This document shows positions 53,871-64,000 of a stretch of DNA of 64,000 nucleotides, in pieces. The stretch's first letter is position 1, and each line of letters begins with the position of its first letter. Source of the stretch: Lingula anatina (Eukaryota; Animalia; Brachiopoda); NCBI GenBank assembly GCA_051362555.1, contig CM120646.1, forward strand, positions 9,052,001 to 9,116,000, read 5' to 3'. The notes under the pieces were generated by a model. The model searched no databases and was not told the DNA's origin. It was given only the letters and a program-made list of their open reading frames with translations. The position numbers were made by a program, and so were the translations under genes.

Positions 53871-54719
53871 GTTTATTATAACTAGCCAATCCTCCAGTCA
53901 TTTCAAGCGGTCAATACACGTCTTCAACACATATCTTAAAATACATGTTTATTTGACATGCCAGTACAACACTTAAAGGACATTCAATTTTATCTTATAT
54001 AAGAATTTAAAGCAATGCATGTATTTTATTTCCTCGAGAAATGACATTTTGACATAGTGGGCCCGGTCCATATGTAAAAGCAACTTTTTATACGCGGTGA
54101 CGTTTGTCTTGTCTTAACATGGTTGTGACGTCTACCACAAATCTTTCAACACAAAGTCTTAGATCCCCGAGTGAAATACTTAAAAAGGTTTTGGTGACAT
54201 GATGAGAATCTCTCTTCGTCGAGATACATTCTATTTCACTAAAGACTGGGACTCACAGTGATGTTAGCTGGTACCTCACGACAACCATGATTATATTTTT
54301 AACCAAATATGCTAATCACGAGTGTTGATATCTGAATTTTCTTGATTATTCATTTCATGTGTTCATAGTAAGTTGATTTTCAGATAACAGTTTAGTCTGC
54401 AATACAAATGAGAAATATAAATCATGCAATTAATTTTTAGAAACGAGATAAATGAGTATGCTCTTAGTTAAGAGTAAAAATAAAGTCAACTGGTAGTTTA
54501 CTGCATGTGGATTGCAGAAAAAAATAAAAACATGCAGTCACCTATATGATCCTTGAATTTGACAGTTTTTATTTTCTACCACTATAAATTGCAAAACCTT
54601 GTCAATTTAGACTAGTCATTATAAATGACGTCAAATTTTACAAACATGATGCCTACCACATTCAAAAAGGACATCCTTTTTCAAATGAGAGTCAAAGAAA
54701 TTACATTGTAGTTTAATAC

Positions 54720-55005
54720 CAGTGGCAGATTTAGGGGGTGTGTCAGTGGGGGGCCTGACCTCCCCCCCCCTTCGATTTCTGAAAAAAATCACACCAGTGG
54801 TCCCCTCTTGAAATTAGAATTTTGACTAGCTGAATCGTTGTATAAACTGTACCAAATGTCACCGTTTGCTTTCTGAAATACCAAAATTTAAGGGGCCCTT
54901 CCCAGAGCCCACGCTAAGGGTATGGGGGGGGGGGGGGGGGGGGCGCTGCCTGTCATTCCTAAAAACCGCCCCCCCCCCCTTCAAATAATTCTGGATCCGC
55001 CCCTG
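54720..55005. mobile_element. MITE with CAGTGGC.../...GCCCCTG termini and an apparent 5-bp TSD (AATAC)
   Basis: aatac|cagtggcagatttag ... ctggatccgcccctg|aatac. Confidence 0.8.
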
Positions 55006-55152
55006 AATACCATACTTAACTACGAAGTACATGTACGTTTAATAAATGCTGTCTCTGGCGTACTATACGCACTCGCATGCAAGAACAATAAAGTCACCGA
55101 CATCCGCCGCCTCACAGACAGACTACACCTATTCCCTGTGCTTCTACAGTAA

Positions 55153-55409
55153 GGATTCGTTCACATGCAATGTCTATTTTCTAAATTCTATTTTCTATTT
55201 GCGGTATGTCTTATGATCACAGTCTGTGCCCTGAATATCCCGCGGCGTAATTACTGGCAGCGCGAGCCAGTTACTATAAGTTACTATAAGTAACTGGCTC
55301 GCGCTGCCAGTAATTACGCGGCGGGATATTCAGTGCACAGACCGTGATCATAAGATAGCGCGAATAGAAAATAGAATTTAGAAAATAGACATTGCATGTG
55401 AACGAAGCC
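55153..55409. mobile_element. Fully palindromic PIF/Harbinger-type MITE with TAA TSD
   Basis: taa|ggattcgttcacatgcaatgtctattttctaaattc ... gaatttagaaaatagacattgcatgtgaacgaagcc|taa. The ~120-bp arms pair almost to the centre. Confidence 0.88.
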
Positions 55410-55780
55410 TAACTATGGCAACCTGTCCCGAGATTTGTATAGGCAAATGTTAGGTCTTTTACTGGCACAGAAGATCATTCCTAGATACTCACACGGCTAT
55501 TATCTATAACTTTTATAAAGGGTAATTCTTCTGAAGTTTTCCTGAATATCATCCCTTTGAAGATTAAATGAGTTTAGCCAAGAAAGTGGCCTACTTAACA
55601 ACTAGCTGGCCCAAAGTAAAAGGTGTCGACTAATTGTAAAAATTGGGTAAACTTTTGCAGAATAGTGTGATTTCGGAGAAGATGAATGTACTGGAATCAA
55701 AGACAAATGATGAATTTACTTGCTTCATCTTTGTAGTGCTTACTTTTTTTGTAACTCTGTCAGAATATTACTTCTACTAC

Positions 55781-55783
55781 AGA

Positions 55784-55817
<34 letters not shown>

Positions 55818-55932
55818 CGCTATTTCTACAGTCAAACTAAACTGCAAATGAGCACAAAGCTTATTTTTTTGTGAACAAATGTATTTTATTTTATTTGTGT
55901 GTGTATGTGTATGTGTGTGTGTGTGTGTGTGT
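55781..55932 (+). repeat. (AG)n and (GT)n microsatellites
   Basis: AG run at ~55781-55817; GT run at ~55896-55932. Confidence 0.95.
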
Positions 55933-56578
55933 AATCATTATATAAGTTTTTATTTGCCTTTCATATCGTTATTCTCCTACTGGTTATAACAAGATAACAA
56001 AGATGAAGATGAATGTTCACTGACTCGATAATATACATAAAAATCATCATGAATCATCCGAGTTCATGAAAGCGAGATCTGGAGCAAAAATAAAAAGCCG
56101 TCTCCAAGACATCTGGACGCCCCCCCCCCCTCCCCCTCTCCCCACCCACTCCACAATACCTTGTTTTCAGCACCATTATAAAAAGACTTCGAGAGTTCAG
56201 AACTGACGGTCAAAATCTGGTATCTGGATTTATTTCCTTTCATGCAGAGAACCTGATTATAATCATTGGTTTGAATGAGCAGTAATAAAAAGAACTGAGT
56301 AAAACCATTTCTGGCAATCAAGTAAACATTCGTAGCTGCCACGTCAGTCTTTGAAGCTGAAAGAATATAAATATTTTTTGCGTTTAATATCATGGTCATT
56401 TAATTTGCATCAGTACTTGAATTACACGTAAGCTTACACAAAAGGAGATCTTATAACAGAAGTCCAGTAACAGACACACCCTTCCTCGTCTTAATACATG
56501 TATCTACACATTAATTGGGCCACAGAGGGCAGCACTGGGAAAGTCCGATGCGTTTATTTTTTAACGTAAAATAGATAA

Positions 56579-57014
56579 AACTAGAAAATCACTCAGAGAG
56601 CGCAGACCTCCGCTAAAGGAGGAAAGTCTCCATCCAATGCCGTTTTACCCCTAGAATTTCATTTATAATGATTTAGTTTTTTTTTTTTGATTATTGATTA
56701 TTGGTTGATTATTGATCCGGATCACCACCAAAAACTAACCATCTGTTCCTTGGCCCAATTCTGACAGTTCCAGAAAATTTTAATCAAAATCGGTCCATAA
56801 CTTAGTTTTTTATTTTTGATTATTGATTGATTATTGATCCAGATCACCACCAAAATCTATTCACTTCTAAGTTAACCGATTTCTTACCTACCCTGAAAAT
56901 TCCATCGAAATTCAGCCATAACTTTTTGAGTTATGTTGATGACAAACAGACAGACAAACAAACAAACAAACAAACAAACAGGGGTGAAAACATAACCTCC
57001 TTGGCGGAGGTAAT
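56579..57014. mobile_element. Short Helentron-type non-autonomous element (HINE/DINE-1-like)
   Basis: Begins aactagaaaatcactcagagagcgcagacctccgc. It contains two ~120-bp internal repeats (gattattgatcc.gatcaccaccaaaa) and a (CAGA/CAAA)n microsatellite. It ends in the hairpin acctcc-ttggc-ggaggt (56995-57011), complementary to the left subterminal acctccgc. Confidence 0.85.
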
Positions 57015-57391
57015 AAGAAATATTAAACGAACAATTGTTTTGATTCAATTTTAATTTTGTTTTAACAAACACACATTTTAATATGTTCCTTATGCAGAAT
57101 ACATATATCTAAACTAATATCTCTGTGTCAGTTATTAAACTTATCACACACGTATTAGTTGCAGAAGATGCAGGTACATCTAATAATGTAAACGGAGGTG
57201 TAGATCGCCAATTAAAATGAAGCTGATGTCGGTAAGTCATTCAAAATACAGAACATAGCACTCAAACTTGCACAAAAGTTTACGAGCATCACGGAAGGAT
57301 TTATTGGGGAGGGGGGCGGGGCAGGGACCATCCGTGCAAACTGAAGCACGCGAGCTACAGTGGGATAATGCTCGCCTGCCACGCGGGCAGT

Positions 57392-57550
57392 CCGGTGTCA
57401 TGTACCAGAAGGTCCCCCATGAGAGAAAGTCCGTAGGACCCCTGGTTTCTGAGATAACGGGTCTCGGACTCTGTATCATGTTAATTAGGTATAATATACA
57501 GGATCCCCCGGACCCTGCATTTAACCGGACCCTACGTTTGATGACACCGG
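57392..57550. mobile_element. Small MITE with 10-bp TIRs
   Basis: ccggtgtcat ... atgacaccgg, with internal ggtcc/ggacc motifs in mirror arrangement; TSD not clean. Confidence 0.6.
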
Positions 57551-60479
57551 TATTGATATCAATCACGCTCGTTAAACGACGAAACGTCTCAAGCAATGTG
57601 AATAAATTATAATAATCTTGAAGCTCCCGCCTAGAAATTCTCTGCTCTATTTATTCATGATTTTACAATAGACTACGCCTTTCCTCGTGGTAATTTCCAC
57701 AAGATTCCGCTTATCTTTTTTAATTACCCTCAAAACTAAATTTTATATACAATGTAGTAACCTTGCGTGTAATTCTTAAAAATAAAAGATAATATACATA
57801 GCGTTTGCTTTGATGCTGTTAAAAACTTGCGGAGAGGAGGAGAGGGAGCCAATGTTATTCTCGGAAATGTTGATAAGAAAATAAATCTACTAATTTCTTA
57901 GGTAAAGTAATACATTTACAGAAATTAAAAAAAAAATTGGAGGGCATCCGTAATCCGGGATTGTTTTCTGAACTAAAAAATAATTCTTTGCTTGTCTTTA
58001 TACATGTATGTATTTATGTTATACAGTACAGTGGTTACATATATGTAGCTCGCAATAAAGTGGCATGGTAGGTATACGGATATGTGTGTATGCGTATGTT
58101 TTTGAGAAATGTTTATGTGAGAAGTGATTTGTATTTTATTGTACATTGTAATGTTTATTTCTTAAGTCTAATTAAAGAAAATATACATTCTATTTCGAGA
58201 TACACATCTTTAATAATCCTTACATAGAATACATTGTTCATATGTTTCTGAACATGTCAAACTACTGTCTCTAAGTCAGTAATTAAACTCATCACAGGCA
58301 TCTGTAAGTAGCAGGAGAACGAGATCATGATGGGTAGTTTAAACGAATCTGCAGATTGTTACTTTTCATGAAATTTGTATTTGCAACTTATTCGAAATAG
58401 AGAAAATGTTGGCACACACTTGTAGAAAAGTGTACAACTGCCAGGGTGGTTTTATTGGGTGGAGGGTCGAGGGGGGTGGGTGGGGATAGAGAGTTCAAGG
58501 CCCATCTCGCCATGCCTATAGCTTAAGTGTACGTCTCTGTGGTTTAGGGGTACACTTGTCGCCTGCTTCGCGGATTAGATTCCCGACACATTTGGAAAAC
58601 ATGAGACTGAGTTCTATCTTAAGAAATGTACTATTCTTAACATCATCTACTTTCCAGGGAAGAAATTTTAAGCTTACGGCAGCTGTGGACAATATGTCTA
58701 CTAATTAATTACCGAGATCTCTAACAATATACAGTAGGGTCGTTTAATGAATTTTGTTCTAGTCATTTCCTTAAAGTCCAGCTTAGGGCGTTTTATGTTT
58801 ATCTTGTTTTTTTTTCCTAACTAGTGAAATAACATAAAAATTAATTCAGCCAATAAAAAACTATTGAAATATAAATATCGGGAAATGTTTTCATTTGAGA
58901 CATAAAACTAAATAAAGAACTGAATATTATGATATTTATAAGCTAGTCTTAAAAGTGAAATTAATATTAGATACTTAGAGAGAGAGAAAAACTACTTAAG
59001 AACATTTGCTCCCCTTAAAATCAGAAGTCTAATATTGCTTGGTGAGAAATAAAAAAAAGAATTTGCTGAATGGATGGGATCCCTATAATTCGCTTTATTG
59101 TTTTCTCCATTCTGACTTCATGGTACCATCCAGTTGGGGGACATTATTATATGATTATACTGGCGGTGTTAATAACATTGATGTTATTTGCCGTTCCTCC
59201 TCTGTAGGCTTGTAACACCAGATGCTCAAATACTTTCAATAATACATGTGTAAAAGTTAATTAAAACGGGATCATTGTCTTTAAAAGTTGTAAGGGATTA
59301 AACAAACACAGTCTTTGTCAAAAATAAATTTACTTTTCATGTGAATTTCCAGTATACCGGTATCTATTGTATTAAAGCACGAACATACTGGAATATAAAG
59401 GCGAAAGTGAAGTTGCCAGTAATTGAGCAGAATAGTATGTGAGTATGGGTGTTTACGTATGTATTTGACTATAGTTAAATGTTTTTACCATGTATAGTTT
59501 ATTTCTTAAGTTTAATAAAAGAAATTTTGAAAAAGAAATTACTTTAAAAATTTTAAACGTAAATCAAAAGTCAAATATTGGTGTATTGTAAATTAATGTC
59601 AAGTGCTGGCTTCTTGCCTGACGCCCCAAATGCCTTTAAATAAGAATCGTTATTATTATCATTATGCTTTTTCAAACTTTTTAACTAAATGAGTCTCATT
59701 GGGTATATGTATTACCCGTGAAAGCCGCTTCTTATTTCCAAATGTTCCTATCACTTAGGCACCCCCCCCCAACCGGAACAATCCCTCAAGACGCCCCCAC
59801 CTTCCCAGAAAAGAAAACACTCTGGTTTTGAATTATCTGTATTATACATGTATTTCCATTTATACACTTCTTGAACGTTTAACTGACTATAAGAAAAGAG
59901 ACAGAAAATGAAATAAAAACAAAAGTATTGGCTATGATTATAAATAACAAGAATCAGGAAGTTTGCTTACGCTCATAAACAGACCTGAGAGGCAACTTTA
60001 ATTAGATTTATTTTAGCAAATTTGTTCATTTGCCATTGCATGTCATTTTCTCTATTTATCTCTATTTTTCTCTTTTTTTTCCTGAAAGCAAACAAACTAG
60101 AAAAAGAAAAAGAAGATAAGCTTCGAGCTTATTTATTTCTGTCAAGGGGCAGTGGTAAATCAATTAAAACTTACAGTAATTTCATCAAAGAGATACCTGA
60201 ATGAGTATGATTATCTGTTTAACCACCTCTGCCTGGAGATAGAATTTTATGAAAAGCAGGCATTTATAATTTTACTTAATATCACATTTTCATTCTCATT
60301 ATTATATTCTTTACAGGGGGAATTAATTGTCCGGGGGTGCCCTGATACCGGGATAGATGTTTGAGCTCTAATGTTATCTGATGACCAAGATGAATAAGAA
60401 CATTAGAAGTTTTTTTTCAAATAATACGTCCACGAAATTGCATTGGGAAGATAGGGATTAAGAAATTTAAGTTGACTTA

Positions 60480-60555
60480 TCAACTCTATCATTTATGGCA
60501 GCAGTTTCAATAAAATTTAGGGACTTCCAGGCCTTATAAACGGATTAGGCGTTTA
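60480..60555 (+). repeat. About 76-bp dispersed direct repeat, copy 2
   Basis: Matches 49854-49933, including a 30-nt exact match at the start. Confidence 0.85.
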
Positions 60556-60560
60556 CTTAC

Positions 60561-60750
60561 ACTAGCCGCAGATCTTTCAGCACTAACGCTCATATTAACC
60601 ACAAAACACACGGATTAACCAACACGCCACACACTTATTTAGCACCAACAAAACGATAGCTAGCACTAACATTCATCCGCTCTGGTAGTACTGCAAGACT
60701 AAAGACTACTCATGTAAACATTAAGCTTCGTGGAGTTCTTCTGAACTTTG
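60561..60750 (-). other. Candidate first exon (5' UTR plus MSVSAERSAAS, phase 0)
   Basis: Minus-strand ATG at 60593, 11 codons, then a gtaagt donor (60560-60555). No homology support. Confidence 0.22.
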
Positions 60751-61683
60751 CTTCCCGTTTAAAGCTGCCAATTCACAGTGTATCACCCAACCGTGTTGAG
60801 AGAGGAGGGAGGGTGTCCCTTTAGGTAACTCCCTTTTGTACATTCCAAGCCATTGAATTGTCTCTTAAAATGGACCGGTCCAGTAAAAGGTTCCGTCTTC
60901 GGAAGGCAACCTCAATCCAGACCCAAACGATAACTCTAACCTGTCATCTCAGTTTACAATCTTTGGGAACTGTCACAGATAAAAAGTTCGTTAACTGGCA
61001 ACTCACATACATGTATGACATATTGCCTTTAAAACTTCGAAACTAAATCACAGCAATAGAAGTTATGCGTCGCTCCTGTCCGTAATGAATACACTAATAG
61101 ATCATGCTATACAAGTATGCTAGATTCTGCTACGGTGTCGAAGGTGAGGAAGGCAGCCAATATGACCAATATGCAGTCCTGTTCTCCACTAGGGTTCGGC
61201 TGGGGGACGGGTGGCGTTTTATTATTTTTGTTTTCAAAGTTTCTCGCTGGACAACATAAAATCTGGTGCAGGATTGGCCAGAAAATATTTGTGCCATTTG
61301 AATGAAGAATTCTCTGTGTGACCCTGGTAGGGGTTACTAGTGTCCTTTCAACAATGCAAGAGAGACTCCAGCTTATTCTGATGCTGTCTCAACCATGATT
61401 GTGACGGATTCCACAGATATCACCCCATTGTGTTAGTGAAGACATAACGTGAGACGGGGAGGGGAGGGAGATAGCGTGTACGTGCATTGCAATAATTGGA
61501 GTGTTTTAAGGGGAATGTGGTGGAGTGGGGGGGGGGGGGGGGACATGTATGTAGGAGAGAGGAAGGGAGACACAAAAAGACCAGTTCATTACGACAGTCG
61601 TACTAACTCACGGGGAACAAATATTTTCAGGTTGTCCACGACAGCATGTAAGAGACTTCTGGAAACTCATCTCAGCATACCTG

Positions 61684-61778
61684 TGGCAGTGGCAGTAGTA
61701 GTAGCAGTGCATGTAGTAGTAGGCCTACAAGATGAAGTAGCAGTAGTGAGAGTAGTAGTATAAGAGTAGTAGTAGTAT
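61684..61778 (+). repeat. Degenerate (GTA/GCA)n trinucleotide repeat
   Basis: gtggcagtggcagtagtagtagcag...gtagtagtagta. Confidence 0.85.
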
Positions 61779-61825
61779 AGAAGGCAATATATTACTGGCA
61801 TAGGTTGTATATAAGTAATACTCAC

Positions 61826-61912
61826 TGCACGTGGGTGTGAGGACAATACGATTAAATCTAGGAAACCAATCGATTGAGCATTGAGCGGATCTGGTTTCAT
61901 TATCCTTATAAA
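61826..61912 (-). promoter_or_regulatory. Candidate TATA/Inr core promoter and short first exon
   Basis: Minus-strand TTTATAAG (61912-61905), CTCAAT Inr-like motifs ~25-35 bp downstream, and a gtgagt donor at 61825-61820. Confidence 0.25.
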
Positions 61913-62958
61913 GGACCACCCCTCCCACACACACACACACAAACACGCGCGAGCACAAACAGTTTTTGATAATAATAAAAATATGAGACTGACATTTCTC
62001 TCAGGTGCGCTCGCAAACATTTCAAAAATTGTACGCATAATTCCAGACCAAATATATTAAAAATTTACCACATATCCGATCCTAGGTTTCATTTGTCGTA
62101 TACGATGTCCCTATGGTGTCCATGTATTGCCCATATGACCCTACTCGCGGGGCGTCCGTCACTTAACTTCAAGGTCATGGGGGAAAATAGTATGTCCCCC
62201 TTACCGAATGTAAGCATGCTAGCCCATAGACACATAGGGCGTATTCCCAGAGCTTTTAGATCGATCTATCCCCGCGGGGAGTCTCACTAGATTACTGTCA
62301 GATAATTCGGCTTAAATGTCCGTCACGCCTACTACAAGCTGGAAGGGGGTAATTAACTTTCGTGTCTGCTCGGCTGACATCTATTTAGCGTGAACCCCCA
62401 GGGGGTTAGGTCGATCTAAAGTAGTTCGATCTAATCTCTGGAAATGGGATCTTAGACGAATTACTGAATGCAAGTAGATTTTTTGGGTATTTATATTGTG
62501 TTTTGCCCATTTGAAATAATTATGTTGTAACATAAAGTGCTGACAGAATCTACGTGGAGTCAAAGTTTGCTGTTGCTATAGGCGATTAATTTTCACATCA
62601 AGTAGGCCTATGTTTGCCGACTTGCACGAAATATTGCACATTTTCATTTAATTGTGCACTTAGATCTATTTGCGCGAATAACCAGAATATACATCAGAAA
62701 ACATAAAACAGAAGTGCTAATGAATGCAATTTCGTGCTTTTCCACAGGCCATGGGCCTAAAAAAAAGAGTAGTACAGATTGCGGTTTGAAGGACAGAATG
62801 ATAATTCAATTATTTTAATTAAAAAATGATTTTTTACGAATTGAGATATTTGGTACTTCACAAAGAAATCTCAACAATATTTAAAAAATGTTCTAGTAAC
62901 ATAAAAAGGTAGGCTAACGACGTGAGTGTCACCTCTACCTGAGGTGTGCAATAAGCTA

Positions 62959-63730
62959 GGGGAGACAGGGGCTAGTTGGACCCCGGTGTAAGTTGGTCCC
63001 CCATCAATTTATGAAAAAGTAACTACGAGGTAAAAAAATTGGCCACATACTCTTGTAAAGTGACTGTAGCCCACAATGCTAAGGAAGTGTCGGACGTTAA
63101 AAAGTTTTACTCAAGCCGTGAGTCGAAATAAACGATTTTTGCACCTAAAAGTAATTTTGTTTAAGAGATTTAAAAATCTTTTTTCATAGGCTTTTGGTCG
63201 AATACATGTATAATGTATGTATAGGGCATCATACTGAAGTTCATTGATTCAAGTTTCACAGAGATGTATCATCGTTGCTCATTCTAGCACCATAAATGGC
63301 TGTTATCCTTTAAAATAAAAAATGTGCACCCGGGGCTAGTTGGCCCCCTTGACTCGGGGCAAGTTGGACCCTCATATTACCCACAAACCTTTGTGCGCAA
63401 CAGAGCTAGAGACCATTGTTGAAACAAACTCAATGGTTTTAAACTGAATTTGTTAGTTTCTTTTAAAAGGAAAATTTATTATTCGTTTTCATTCATTAAT
63501 AACCTGCTTTATACCATTATTAATTTATTCTTAATTAAAACAAAACAAATTTTATTGATAGATATTTTGGTTCTTGCAACACATAGGCACCCCTATTTTT
63601 TCATCAAAGACTCTCAAAAATCAATTTAATAAATTGAAAATGTATAAAAATGTATTTCAAGGTGTATACATGGGATACTTACTTTATTTTCGTAGTGGTA
63701 TCCGTGGTGGGGCAAGTTGGCCCCCCCCTG
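62959..63730. mobile_element. Non-autonomous DNA transposon fragment, Tc1/mariner-pogo-like terminus
   Basis: Starts ta|ggggagacaggggctagttggaccc. The motif ggggc(t/a)agttgg(a/c)ccc repeats at ~62968, 62990, 63333, 63356 and 63708. The opposite TIR was not found. Confidence 0.55.
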
Positions 63731-63778
63731 ACGTCAACTGCGTTTTTTGTCAAATTGTGAGCCACCTGGCATTATGTA

Positions 63779-63946
63779 CAGGGGCGGATCCAGAGATATT
63801 TTCTGACAGTCTTCCAAATTATCTTTGTTAATCCATCCTCCATTTTTGACCGTCTTCCGACAGAAAAACTTAGATACCCGTCAATGTAAACTTAAAAATC
63901 TGACCGTCTTCCGAAAGACCCAGAAGACGGCCTAAATCCGCCCCTG
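63779..63946. mobile_element. MITE with CAGGGGCGGAT TIRs
   Basis: atgta|caggggcggatccag ... ctaaatccgcccctg|atata (flanks match 4/5). Internal tgac(c/a)gtcttcc occurs three times plus one inverted copy. Confidence 0.8.
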
Positions 63947-64000
63947 ATATAGGCCTATATAAAAAAAATAATGACGTTGCATAGGCCTACGTAGCTTAGT

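Noticed and set aside
54006-54716. Kolobok-type element bounded by TTAA
   Set aside because: The putative termini (ttaaagcaatgcatgta / tacattgtagtttaa) match too poorly to call.
50324-60205. Micro-exons of 11, 14 and 22 nt on the minus strand (~50329-50339, ~59972-59985, ~60175-60196)
   Set aside because: They are not multiples of three, have weak pyrimidine tracts, and are expected by chance; unsupported without RNA data.
47712-63831. Short ORFs in the unique region (poly-Gly/Pro, 57237-57612, 61449-62038 and others)
   Set aside because: They derive from G/C runs, microsatellites or MITEs and show no recognisable domains.
1-64000. tRNA, rRNA or snRNA genes
   Set aside because: No cloverleaf, A/B-box pair or conserved rRNA/snRNA sequence was recognised by eye.

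Overview
AT-rich eukaryotic (invertebrate-type; echinoderm-like is only an inference from the repeat content) genomic DNA with no intact, recognisable protein-coding gene. Positions 1-~41.9 kb are one compound tandem array, which may extend left of the window. It has 27 copies of a unique block carrying a minus-strand exon-like cassette (TTCTTTTTCCAG acceptor, 60-codon frame VTFSIQRDG...GHCQMVC*), separated by variable tracts of a 194-bp monomer, so most unit lengths approximate 754 + n x 194 bp. The array shows nested higher-order duplications (6.7, 3.45 and 2.67 kb), a homogeneous core with older, more divergent units on both sides, and an unexpanded ancestral-looking unit at the right edge. 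From 42 to 64 kb the sequence is transposon-rich non-coding DNA: two Helentron-type non-autonomous (HINE-like) elements, a decayed intron-containing hAT transposase, several MITEs (including a fully palindromic PIF/Harbinger-type one), microsatellites, and a few speculative minus-strand first-exon/promoter candidates that could splice into the array. All family assignments are from motif recognition only; no searches were run.
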